Part shown: one piece after another, positions 54,861 to 64,000 of the stretch
Position numbering within the stretch: the first letter of the stretch is position 1
How the letters are laid out: the number at the start of each line of letters is the position of its first letter
NCBI GenBank assembly: GCA_963703365.1
Contig: OY969815.1
Location: 2,888,577-2,952,576 of the forward strand
Origin: an uncultured Bacteroidota bacterium
Lineage (GTDB): Bacteria; Bacteroidota; Ignavibacteria; Kryptoniales; JAKASW01
DNA: 64,000 nt
Direction: 5' to 3'
Position numbers and translations under genes: made by a program
The notes under the pieces: generated by a model
Seen by the model: only the letters and a program-made list of their open reading frames with translations
Told to the model about the DNA's origin: nothing
Databases searched by the model: none

Positions 54861-55046
54861 TTCCTTGAGAAAAGTAAGAACGACCGAGATGATCGGCTTT
54901 CACAATAATGGTACAGCGAGAGTGAACAAATCTGTGATTCTGACTCAGCCAACGGGAAAATGTTGTGTCCGTTATACGACAAGGCTCGGGTTTAAGTTTT
55001 GTCAACCCTTCAGTTTCCCACAATAAAACCAAGAGGACATTTAATA

Positions 55047-56045
55047 ATGAGCTTATCAAATTATATCCCATCCGAGAAACGATATGATCGAATGTTATAC
55101 AGGCGCTGTGGACGCAGTGGAGTTAAACTCCCTGCAATTTCTCTTGGCCTCTGGCATAACTTCGGAGGTGTTGACGTCTATGAAAATTTCCGGAATATTG
55201 TCTGGAAAGCGTTCGATTCAGGAATAACCCATTTCGATCTTGCAAATAATTATGGACCGCCGCCAGGTTCAGCCGAGGAAAACTTCGGTCGAATTTTGAA
55301 AAGTGATTTTTCCGGACTCCGTGATGAATTGATCGTTTCTACCAAAGCGGGATACATGATGTGGGATGGTCCTTACGGTGACTGGGGATCGAGAAAATAT
55401 CTTCTCGCCAGTCTTGACCAGAGTCTCAAGCGAATGCAGCTGGATTACGTCGACATTTTTTATTCTCACAGACCTGACCCCGAAACCCCACTTGAAGAAA
55501 CTATGGGAGCGTTAGCTTCCGCTGTTCACCAGGGCAAAGCTCTCTACGCTGGAATATCTAATTATCCTCCCGACTCGGCAGCGCGTGCAATCGAATTGCT
55601 CAAAGAGATGGGCACTCCGTGTTTGATCCACCAGCCAAAATATTCTATGTTCGTTCGATGGGTGGAAGATGGTTTGTTGGATGTTCTGGAGGATGGTGGT
55701 ACAGGCTGCATCGCGTTCTCGCCGTTAGCTCAAGGTATGCTCACCGACAAATACATTAACGGAATTCCAGCAGGATCCCGTGCCTCTAAACCACACGGGT
55801 TCCTCAGACCCGAAGAAATCACGGAAGAAAAGATTTCGAAGATCAAGAGACTTAACGAGATTGCAAAAGCCCGGAACCAGTCTCTCGCCCGGATGGCTCT
55901 TGCATGGCTGCTCAAAGATTCCAGGGTGACTTCCGTGCTCATAGGTGCAAGCAGCGTTGAACAGTTAGAGGATAGTCTGAAAGCGCTTGATAATTTGAAA
56001 TTCACTGGTGATGAGTTGAAGAAGATAGATCAGATACTGAAATAA
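55047..56045 (+). CDS. Aldo/keto reductase (YghZ/Tas-like)
   Basis: YRRCGRSGVKLPAISLGLWHNFG, FDLANNYG, DIFYSHRPD. I placed the start at 55047, 9 nt downstream of AAGAGGA. Confidence 0.85.
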   Translation: MSLSNYIPSEKRYDRMLYRRCGRSGVKLPAISLGLWHNFGGVDVYENFRNIVWKAFDSGITHFDLANNYGPPPGSAEENFGRILKSDFSGLRDELIVSTKAGYMMWDGPYGDWGSRKYLLASLDQSLKRMQLDYVDIFYSHRPDPETPLEETMGALASAVHQGKALYAGISNYPPDSAARAIELLKEMGTPCLIHQPKYSMFVRWVEDGLLDVLEDGGTGCIAFSPLAQGMLTDKYINGIPAGSRASKPHGFLRPEEITEEKISKIKRLNEIAKARNQSLARMALAWLLKDSRVTSVLIGASSVEQLEDSLKALDNLKFTGDELKKIDQILK

Positions 56046-56157
56046 GATTTTGCACAAAGTGATTATGGATTTCTCCATCAGTTTGATCCCTTTATTGAAC
56101 TCATAGAAGATTTTTTGCGTTGATTTAGATAACGTTCAAAAAAGCATTGGAGGAAAA

Positions 56158-56805
56158 GTGAAAATCGGTGTTCTTGGAACTGGAATAGTCGGCAGCACAA
56201 TCGGGACAAAGCTCATTCAATTGAAGCATGAGGTAAAAATGGGATCGCGAACCGCGGACAACCCAAAGGCTTTCGAGTGGGCGAAGGCAAATGGAGAGAA
56301 GGCGACACAAGGAACATTTGCCGATGCGGCGGCATTTGGTGAAATCTTATTCAACTGCACTTCCGGCGGTGGGGCGATCGCTGCATTGAAATCAGCCGGC
56401 GAGAAAAACATGAGCGGAAAAATTTTGGTCGATATTGCAAATGCGCTCGATTTTTCAAAAGGAATGCCTCCGTCTTTGAGCGTATGCAACACAGATTCTT
56501 TGGGTGAGCAAATCCAGCGGACGTTTCCGAACGTCAAGGTGGTGAAGGCTTTGAACACCGTGAACTGCAAAGTCATGGTAAATCCGTCTTTAGTTCATGG
56601 TGACCACGATATATTTATTTGTGGGAATGACACCGCGGCGAAAGAAAAGGTCATCAAAATTTTGAAGGACTGGTTCGGATGGACATCTGTTGTCGACCTC
56701 GGTGACATAACCGGGGCACGTGCCACTGAAATGCTGCTTCCTATTTGGATAAGGCTCATGGGGATTTTTAAGTCTCCAGATTTCAACTTCAAAATTGTGA
56801 GATAA
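56158..56805 (+). CDS. NADP-binding oxidoreductase (F420-dependent NADP reductase / ProC-like Rossmann family)
   Basis: N-terminal MKIGVLGTGIVGSTIG dinucleotide fold. GTG start preceded by GGAGG. Confidence 0.65.
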   Translation: MKIGVLGTGIVGSTIGTKLIQLKHEVKMGSRTADNPKAFEWAKANGEKATQGTFADAAAFGEILFNCTSGGGAIAALKSAGEKNMSGKILVDIANALDFSKGMPPSLSVCNTDSLGEQIQRTFPNVKVVKALNTVNCKVMVNPSLVHGDHDIFICGNDTAAKEKVIKILKDWFGWTSVVDLGDITGARATEMLLPIWIRLMGIFKSPDFNFKIVR

Positions 56806-56936
56806 CCCTTTTCTTTCGCGGTTCTCTTGTTCACGGCGATGAGGCAAAGGCGTCGCTGGGCAGCGTTTCTGTGCCATCAATCCATTTATTGCACATTGAA
56901 ACTCTTCGTTGTTCCGAATAAATTCTTATAATTTAA

Positions 56937-58352
<1,416 letters not shown>

Positions 58353-58353
58353 A

Positions 58354-58416
58354 TAGCTATTACCCTTAGCCCGTCCATTCATAGTTGGGACGAGCTAGTA
58401 GCTGACTACTAAAAGA
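58354..58416. repeat. Tandem heptamer-periodic array (degenerate)
   Basis: TAGCTAT TACCCTT AGCCCGT CCATTCA TAGTTGG GACGAGC TAGTAGC TGACTAC TAAAAGA. It starts 1 nt after the TGA of the lyase gene. Confidence 0.5.
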
Positions 58417-58422
58417 AATGGG

Positions 58423-60816
58423 CTATTTCCATTGTACTAGTTTGAAAGTATCCGCATCTACACGGAAATATGCCCCACCGAGTGAGTCCGTCCTCCAAAT
58501 TTTAATGTTTTCTCTTTTCATTTCAGCGATGACTTCGGGCGAAGGATGCCCGAACTTATTGTTCGCTCCGACGGAGATCACCGCATAAGTCGGGTGAACC
58601 GTTTTTAGGAATTCGGGAGTCGAGCTCGTCTTGCTTCCATGGTGTCCGGCTTTATAAATGTCGGAGGCTAAAAATGCTCCGTAAATTTTTACCAGATCAT
58701 GTTCTACGGGCTTTTCAGCATCTCCCGCAAGAAGAAAATTTTCTTTGCCGATGCACACTTTCAAAACAATCGAACCGTCATTAAATCTCGTTTTGTAAGC
58801 AAATCCGCCTTCACCGACATACTTCCGATTCGGATGAACGACGTAAACTCGGTAAGTGGAGCCTGAATCCAAAATCATTCCTGCCCTGACATTCCTCGAT
58901 GGGATCTTAAAAGCAGCGACACACGCCATGGTCTTTATCCAAGTTTCGGATTGCGATGACTGCTCCGGATAGACGAAGTTGTCAACTTTTACGTTTCTTA
59001 TTACATACGCAGCGCCTCCCATATGGTCGATGTGCAAATGCGTTACTACGAAATAGTTAATCTCATCGATGCCGTTCCGTTCCAAGAAAGGAACAACAAC
59101 GCGCTCTCCCATATCGTAGCTTCTAAACTTTATTCCTGCATCGATGAGCATATTTTTCCCGTCGGGCATTTCGACAAAGATTGCATCTCCTTGTCCGACA
59201 TCCAACACAAAAAGTTTGGCTTCAGGTTTCGCTGTGAAAAGACTTGCGTAAAGAATGATATTCGCCCCAAGCAGCACACTAAAAATAATCTTTCCCATCA
59301 GCCCCTCCTTGCCGATCGAGGATCCACTTCGCGGGAATGCAGCCACTGAGAAAAGCCAGAGGAAATATAACAAAGCGAACGACCAGCCGATATCGGGGAT
59401 CACCACATGGCTGATCTTCATTGAACCAAGAAAAAAATTTATTTGGAGAATCGCAAACCCAAAAATCTGAGCAGCCGATGCGTAAAGAGAAGCAAGCAAC
59501 GACGAGAACAATCCGAAAAATAAAAAAATAAAGATCATGGACATGAAAATTCCTGCAAGCGGCACGACAAGAAAGTTTGCAAAAACGCTCACCAGAGAAA
59601 CCCGGTGAAAATAGTAAACGGTGAGCGGAATCGTTCCTAAGGTTGCAGCGATCGTCAAAAAGGCGACAGAGAGCGCCGAATTAAGCAACGGCTTCTCTTG
59701 CAGTGCCGGATACGATCTTCGAACCATTCCGAGAATTCGTTCGTGTAAAAGCGCAATCGACAACACAGCCGCGAAAGAGAGCTGGAATCCCGCCGTAAAC
59801 AATTGCGAAGGATTGAAAGTAAGTATGATGAGAGCGGCAAAGCCAAGCGAGTTCAATATCTGACTTTTCCTTTGCAGAAAGAATCCGAACAAAACCACCA
59901 GTGCCATGATGACGGCGCGAGTGATGCTCGGAGTCATGCCAACAACGAGTGCATACAAAATCAAAATTGGCGCAATGATGAAGAACCGAAACTTGCGCGG
60001 AATTCTCAAGAGCGATGCGACAGCCATGAGTATTCCCATAAAGAATCCAATATGCAAACCCGAAACGGCAAGAATATGGATGGTACCGGTGTTGATGAAT
60101 TGCTCGCTGACTTCTTTGTTTATTCCGATCCTTTCGCCGATCACCATGGCACGCGCAAGCTCCGCTTCGTCTCCTTTCATAAAAGTTTTTATTTCATTGC
60201 GCATGAAATTTCTTACAGGTTCCACAATGCTGCGTTGGAGGCTGAAACCGCTATCATGGTACACGGAAAGGACATCTGCTTCATTCGTCAGGTAAATTCT
60301 GCCGACGATTCCACTCAACAGGTAATACGATTTGAGATCGAATTCACCGGGATTCCTTGCTTCGGAAATGGCACCGGTTCTGCCTGTAAAGATGAGTCTG
60401 TCTCCGGTACGAAATTGGGCCTTGAATTTGGGTGTTACAATTAATTCGCCAGCGATTTTGTGCCATGACTTATCGAATCCGGAACATTCACCAAGAATAA
60501 CGGATGAGATGGCGGTATCCCTCGGAGATTCTTCTATCCTTCCGGCGAAACAGACGTAATTTGACAAGGGAGTGGATGACAACGATGCTATGTTTGTACT
60601 CATACTGAATGCGAACGCGCATACCAGCGCCGCATAAAACCCGACGGATATCAGTGTGGATATTCTTTCTCTCCGGAGAATTAGCCATACGGACATCATC
60701 ACGACAAGACATAGTCCAACGCTGAGGAAGAGAAGTTGATAATGCGGGAATTCCTTTCCAATAAAAATGCCCACTGCCGCGGATATTGCTGCTTTAAGTG
60801 CCGGGAAACGTTTCAC
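58423..60816 (-). CDS. comEC: DNA internalization competence protein ComEC/Rec2
   Basis: Polytopic competence domain (LAVSGLHIG) plus a C-terminal metallo-beta-lactamase domain (VTHLHIDHMGG). Confidence 0.85.
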   Translation of the reverse strand: MKRFPALKAAISAAVGIFIGKEFPHYQLLFLSVGLCLVVMMSVWLILRRERISTLISVGFYAALVCAFAFSMSTNIASLSSTPLSNYVCFAGRIEESPRDTAISSVILGECSGFDKSWHKIAGELIVTPKFKAQFRTGDRLIFTGRTGAISEARNPGEFDLKSYYLLSGIVGRIYLTNEADVLSVYHDSGFSLQRSIVEPVRNFMRNEIKTFMKGDEAELARAMVIGERIGINKEVSEQFINTGTIHILAVSGLHIGFFMGILMAVASLLRIPRKFRFFIIAPILILYALVVGMTPSITRAVIMALVVLFGFFLQRKSQILNSLGFAALIILTFNPSQLFTAGFQLSFAAVLSIALLHERILGMVRRSYPALQEKPLLNSALSVAFLTIAATLGTIPLTVYYFHRVSLVSVFANFLVVPLAGIFMSMIFIFLFFGLFSSLLASLYASAAQIFGFAILQINFFLGSMKISHVVIPDIGWSFALLYFLWLFSVAAFPRSGSSIGKEGLMGKIIFSVLLGANIILYASLFTAKPEAKLFVLDVGQGDAIFVEMPDGKNMLIDAGIKFRSYDMGERVVVPFLERNGIDEINYFVVTHLHIDHMGGAAYVIRNVKVDNFVYPEQSSQSETWIKTMACVAAFKIPSRNVRAGMILDSGSTYRVYVVHPNRKYVGEGGFAYKTRFNDGSIVLKVCIGKENFLLAGDAEKPVEHDLVKIYGAFLASDIYKAGHHGSKTSSTPEFLKTVHPTYAVISVGANNKFGHPSPEVIAEMKRENIKIWRTDSLGGAYFRVDADTFKLVQWK

Positions 60817-60951
60817 GAAGCAAATTTTTTCTAATTAAACTATCCATGGTACAATAGTCAAGGTGTTTCCAGAGAGGTGTGGGAAAAGCTGTCTACAAAG
60901 CAAGCCAAACAATGGTCTGATAAATCCCTTAATGACTCGATAAGTGTGGGT

Positions 60952-61536
60952 TCACCGAATCTTCAAAAGCTTGTGCTCCTGCAAGGAAAGTTTCCACTGC
61001 GGATTTTCTTTCACCAATTTGATGCATTGATCGATGTTTGCTTCGTTCGAATAATCGCCGTCAAATTCAGGACTGATGAAGTAATGGTCCGCGTTGAGCT
61101 TGGGCTGCGGAATTCCCTGTGACCTGTTGCGGACATATCTCAGCTCGTTGATATGCACACCCTTAAATTTCCTTGCAAGAACATGCTCCGCTACTTTCGG
61201 GCTGACTGTAATCCAATCCAATTTTTTTGGCGGAGTAATTGTCCCATTTGTCTCGACAGCAAGATAATAATCGGCCTTCTTAAATAGTTTAATAACTTCT
61301 CCGGTCAATTGGAGAAGAGGCTCGCCGCCCGTGAACACAATGTTCTTACATAGAAATTGTCCGCACTCTTCCAGTAGATATTCAACCTTAATCTCGCGGT
61401 AACTTTCAAACTCCGTATCACAGAAACGGCATTTGAGATTGCAGTGGGCAAACCGTACGAAAATATTGGCGCTTCCCTTGCGTGCACCTTCTCCCTGAAG
61501 GCTGTAGAAAATTTCATTAACGTGCAACTTCGGCAT
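60952..61536 (-). CDS. queE: 7-carboxy-7-deazaguanine synthase (radical SAM)
   Basis: EIFYSLQGEG and CNLKCRFCDT. It overlaps queD. Confidence 0.85.
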   Translation of the reverse strand: MPKLHVNEIFYSLQGEGARKGSANIFVRFAHCNLKCRFCDTEFESYREIKVEYLLEECGQFLCKNIVFTGGEPLLQLTGEVIKLFKKADYYLAVETNGTITPPKKLDWITVSPKVAEHVLARKFKGVHINELRYVRNRSQGIPQPKLNADHYFISPEFDGDYSNEANIDQCIKLVKENPQWKLSLQEHKLLKIR

Positions 61537-61876
61537 AGCAATCCTCAGTTTCGTACAAAAGCACTTTCGACAGCCGATATGGCTTCGTTTTCAAATTTTC
61601 ATCGAGTGTTTCAAAAATATTTCTTGCGATATTCTCGACCGTTGGCACATCAAAGTAGTTGTTTAAATTCTGATGATCGAACTTTCCTATAATAATGTTC
61701 GCAATCTCATCGAGTTCTTCAAAGTCACAAATCCATCCGAACTGGTTGACTTCGCCTTCGATTTCTATTGTCAGCTCATAGCGGTGGCCGTGGAGATTTC
61801 CGCACCTGCCGTATATTTTACCGTTCAGTTGGTGCGACGATTCAAAAACGAATTGTCTTCCGATTTTTGTTTTCAA
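61517..61876 (-). CDS. queD: 6-carboxy-5,6,7,8-tetrahydropterin synthase
   Basis: FESSHQL...CGNLHGHRYEL (PTPS family). The start appears to be TTG. Confidence 0.85.
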   Translation of the reverse strand: MKTKIGRQFVFESSHQLNGKIYGRCGNLHGHRYELTIEIEGEVNQFGWICDFEELDEIANIIIGKFDHQNLNNYFDVPTVENIARNIFETLDENLKTKPYRLSKVLLYETEDCYAEVAR

Positions 61877-62042
61877 GCGTGTTCCATGATATTATTGACT
61901 TATGAACCTCAACGATGTTAAATTTACTCAAGATGGTAAAGAGAGACAAGGAAGAACAATTGTGAGTGTGTTCCTACTGCATCTAATTTGTTTTTCCATT
62001 TTTTTCATCAATTCGTTATTTTAAGGTAAATAATTTGTCGGA

Positions 62043-62531
62043 GTGACCATGATAAGACCCGTACGTTTATCGGATACTCAATCTATTTGCGATATTTACA
62101 ATGAATATATTAAAAATTCCACGATCACATTTGAGGACATTCCTGTGTTATCGGACGAGATGGTGGAACGAATTGAAACTGCGATACAGAATTATCCATG
62201 GCTCGTCTATGAGGTTGATGAAAAAGTCATCGGCTATATCTACGCGCGCAGGTGGAGAGAGCGTGCAGCGTATCGAAATTCAGTCGAGGCCGGAATATAT
62301 CTTCGTCCTGAATTTGTCGGGAAAGGAATCGGATCGGAAATGATGAAAGATATTCTCAAGACATTAAAGGAAAAATCATTTCATACAGTAATAAGCGGCA
62401 TCGCCCTCCCGAACCCGGCAAGCATCGCGCTCTGTGAAAAATTCGGATTCAAAAAGGTTGCACACTTCAAAGAAGTCGGATACAAATTCAATAAGTGGAT
62501 CGACGTTGGGTATTGGCAATTAATTCTATAA
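62043..62531 (+). CDS. GNAT N-acetyltransferase (phosphinothricin/MnaT-like)
   Basis: IRPVRLSD...ICDIYNEYI...STITFE and the acetyl-CoA loop RPEFVGKGIGSEM. Confidence 0.75.
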   Translation: MTMIRPVRLSDTQSICDIYNEYIKNSTITFEDIPVLSDEMVERIETAIQNYPWLVYEVDEKVIGYIYARRWRERAAYRNSVEAGIYLRPEFVGKGIGSEMMKDILKTLKEKSFHTVISGIALPNPASIALCEKFGFKKVAHFKEVGYKFNKWIDVGYWQLIL

Positions 62532-62571
62532 AATTGCCCCTAATTTTAGCAATAAACGGATAATTTCCTTG

Positions 62572-63123
62572 CTAGTAAGTTAGATTTTCGGAAAGAAGCT
62601 TCTTTCTACAATCTTCGCACAATTTCTCCGTTTTCACATCGATCTCTTCCACGCCGGTTGACGAGTGCATGACGCACAAATAATTATTGCAGTGTATCAG
62701 CCCGAAAGTATGACCGAGTTCGTGAATCGCTTCTTTGAGCAACCGTGCTTTGAAGACATTTTCATCGGCCTGGAGTCCGTAAAATTCTTCATGAAGTCGA
62801 TGTGAAGAAACAACTGCGGCTTTTCCTTCGAGTTGCGCTTCACCGAAAACGTAAGTGAGAACCGGCACGAAGAGGTCACCTTCGGTAACGCCGAGAACTT
62901 TTCCCTCGAAGCTGTCGAACTTTTCAAGCAAAGCCGACAAAATTGAAGTGGAGCTGTATTGGTTGCGTGAAACATTAAACGCGAATGAACCGTCTAACGG
63001 TGGCGATTGCACCACCTTAACTGATCGGAAATAAGTTTTGCCGAGTGGTTCTGCGAGAAACGATAGATATAATGGATCAGCAGGTGCAATCGCGACTAAA
63101 ATTACGGAAGACATCCGAGCCAT
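62572..63123 (-). CDS. Archaemetzincin-like zinc peptidase (M54)
   Basis: HELGHTFGLIHC...CVMHSS...CEDC: an HEXXHXXGXXH motif plus a Cys4 site. Confidence 0.8.
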   Translation of the reverse strand: MARMSSVILVAIAPADPLYLSFLAEPLGKTYFRSVKVVQSPPLDGSFAFNVSRNQYSSTSILSALLEKFDSFEGKVLGVTEGDLFVPVLTYVFGEAQLEGKAAVVSSHRLHEEFYGLQADENVFKARLLKEAIHELGHTFGLIHCNNYLCVMHSSTGVEEIDVKTEKLCEDCRKKLLSENLTY

Positions 63124-63158
63124 GGCTCATCCCGCATGACGCACCATCATGCAGGACA

Positions 63159-64000
63159 TCACGGTTTCTTTAAACCGTATTTCGAAATTTTGCTGTAAAG
63201 TGTAACCCTATCTATGCCGAGCGCATCTGCAGTGCGGGTGATATTCCATCCCATTTTATCGAGCACTTTTGCAATGTGAATTTTCTCCATGCTTGTCATC
63301 GAGTCATCGGGGACCCCATTATCCTGGTACGACTGTTGTAATTGGAACGGCAGATCTGCAGGTTTAATTGCCGGCGGATTCGCAAGGACCATGGCTCTCT
63401 CGATGACATTTTCAAGCTCACGAACGTTGCCCGGCCATCGGTTGCGAATGAGCAAGTCCATTGCTTCAGAATCAATATCGAGCACCGGCTTGCCCATCGA
63501 CGCCGCGTACTTTTTTACAAAATGATTTATCAACGGCGGAATATCCACGCGCCTTTCTCTAAGCGGTGGAACGTAAATCGTAAACACGTTCAGTCGATAA
63601 TACAAATCTTCTCTGAAACTTCCTTCGGCAATCGCTGCTTCTAAGTCGCGATTCGTCGCGCAAATTACCCTGAAGTCGCTCGATATAGCGTCGTTTCCGC
63701 CGACACGGGTGAATTGCTTCGCCTCTATCACTCGTAATAGCTGCACTTGCATTTTCTGACTAATCGTCCCGATCTCATCTAAAAAGATCGTACCACCATC
63801 CGCCATTTCGAATCTTCCCTTTCGGCGATATTGCGCACCGGTGAATGCGCCTTTCTCGTGTCCGAAGAGTTCGCTCTCCAATAAGGTCTCCGGAACTGCG
63901 CCGCAGTTGACGGTAATTATCGGAAAATATTTTCGAGAGCTGTTCGCATGAATTGTCCGCGCAACAAGCTCCTTGCCGGTTCCGCTTTCGCCGCGAATCA
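63159..64000 (-). CDS. Sigma-54-dependent Fis-family transcriptional activator (N-terminal part beyond the window)
   Basis: The ORF is open to the window end. Motifs: [23 protein letters not shown], and C-terminal [21 protein letters not shown]. Confidence 0.85.
   Translation of the reverse strand, partial: IRGESGTGKELVARTIHANSSRKYFPIITVNCGAVPETLLESELFGHEKGAFTGAQYRRKGRFEMADGGTIFLDEIGTISQKMQVQLLRVIEAKQFTRVGGNDAISSDFRVICATNRDLEAAIAEGSFREDLYYRLNVFTIYVPPLRERRVDIPPLINHFVKKYAASMGKPVLDIDSEAMDLLIRNRWPGNVRELENVIERAMVLANPPAIKPADLPFQLQQSYQDNGVPDDSMTSMEKIHIAKVLDKMGWNITRTADALGIDRVTLYSKISKYGLKKP

Noticed and set aside
61877-62042. Expected preQ1 riboswitch upstream of queD/queE
   Set aside because: On the minus strand the leader (…GTTGAGGTTCATAAGTCAATAATATCATGG…) lacks the P1 stem complement and the A-rich tail/ACUA of preQ1-I as I remember the consensus.

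Overview
This is a 64-kb chromosomal segment from a Gram-negative bacterium of the FCB type (Bacteroidota/Chlorobiota/Ignavibacteriota-like). Supporting this: a fused lpxC-fabZ, lpxA/lpxD, two skp/ompH genes, bamA, uppS, and T9SS-type C-terminal sorting domains. I count about 51 protein genes and saw no rRNA, tRNA or CRISPR. Core blocks are the envelope-biogenesis cluster (35.7-45.4 kb), an iron/oxidative-stress cluster feoAB-fur-TonB receptor-bfr-katG (22.0-30.5 kb), queDE and comEC. The accessory content is as follows. (i) An integrase-less array of four small minus-strand ORFs lies at 33.1-35.7 kb, each bounded by attC-like imperfect inverted repeats (RYYYAAC...GTTRRRY, with bulged G and T on the bottom strand). 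This is the most interesting locus, and one of its ORFs carries an Rx4H HEPN-like motif. (ii) An XRE-ImmA/IrrE + DUF4411 (PIN-like) pair sits behind a duplicated repeat+promoter+leader module. (iii) A small acidic ORF, a beta-class DNA methyltransferase and a putative restriction endonuclease form a small island. (iv) katG is GC-rich and probably imported. (v) There is an SF1 helicase with Zn ribbons, and an AddA-like helicase carrying a Cas4/AddB-type Cys4 nuclease coupled to a PolB-exo-like exonuclease. Two short repeat families pervade the window. One is a 26-nt palindrome (GCGCCAGAGGCGCATCAGCCTCTGGC) with 4 copies, two of which are read in the same frame inside unrelated ORFs. The other is degenerate tandem heptamers (TAGCTNN)n at gene ends, in 7 arrays. 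All functional calls come from motif recognition by eye; no database search or folding program was available.
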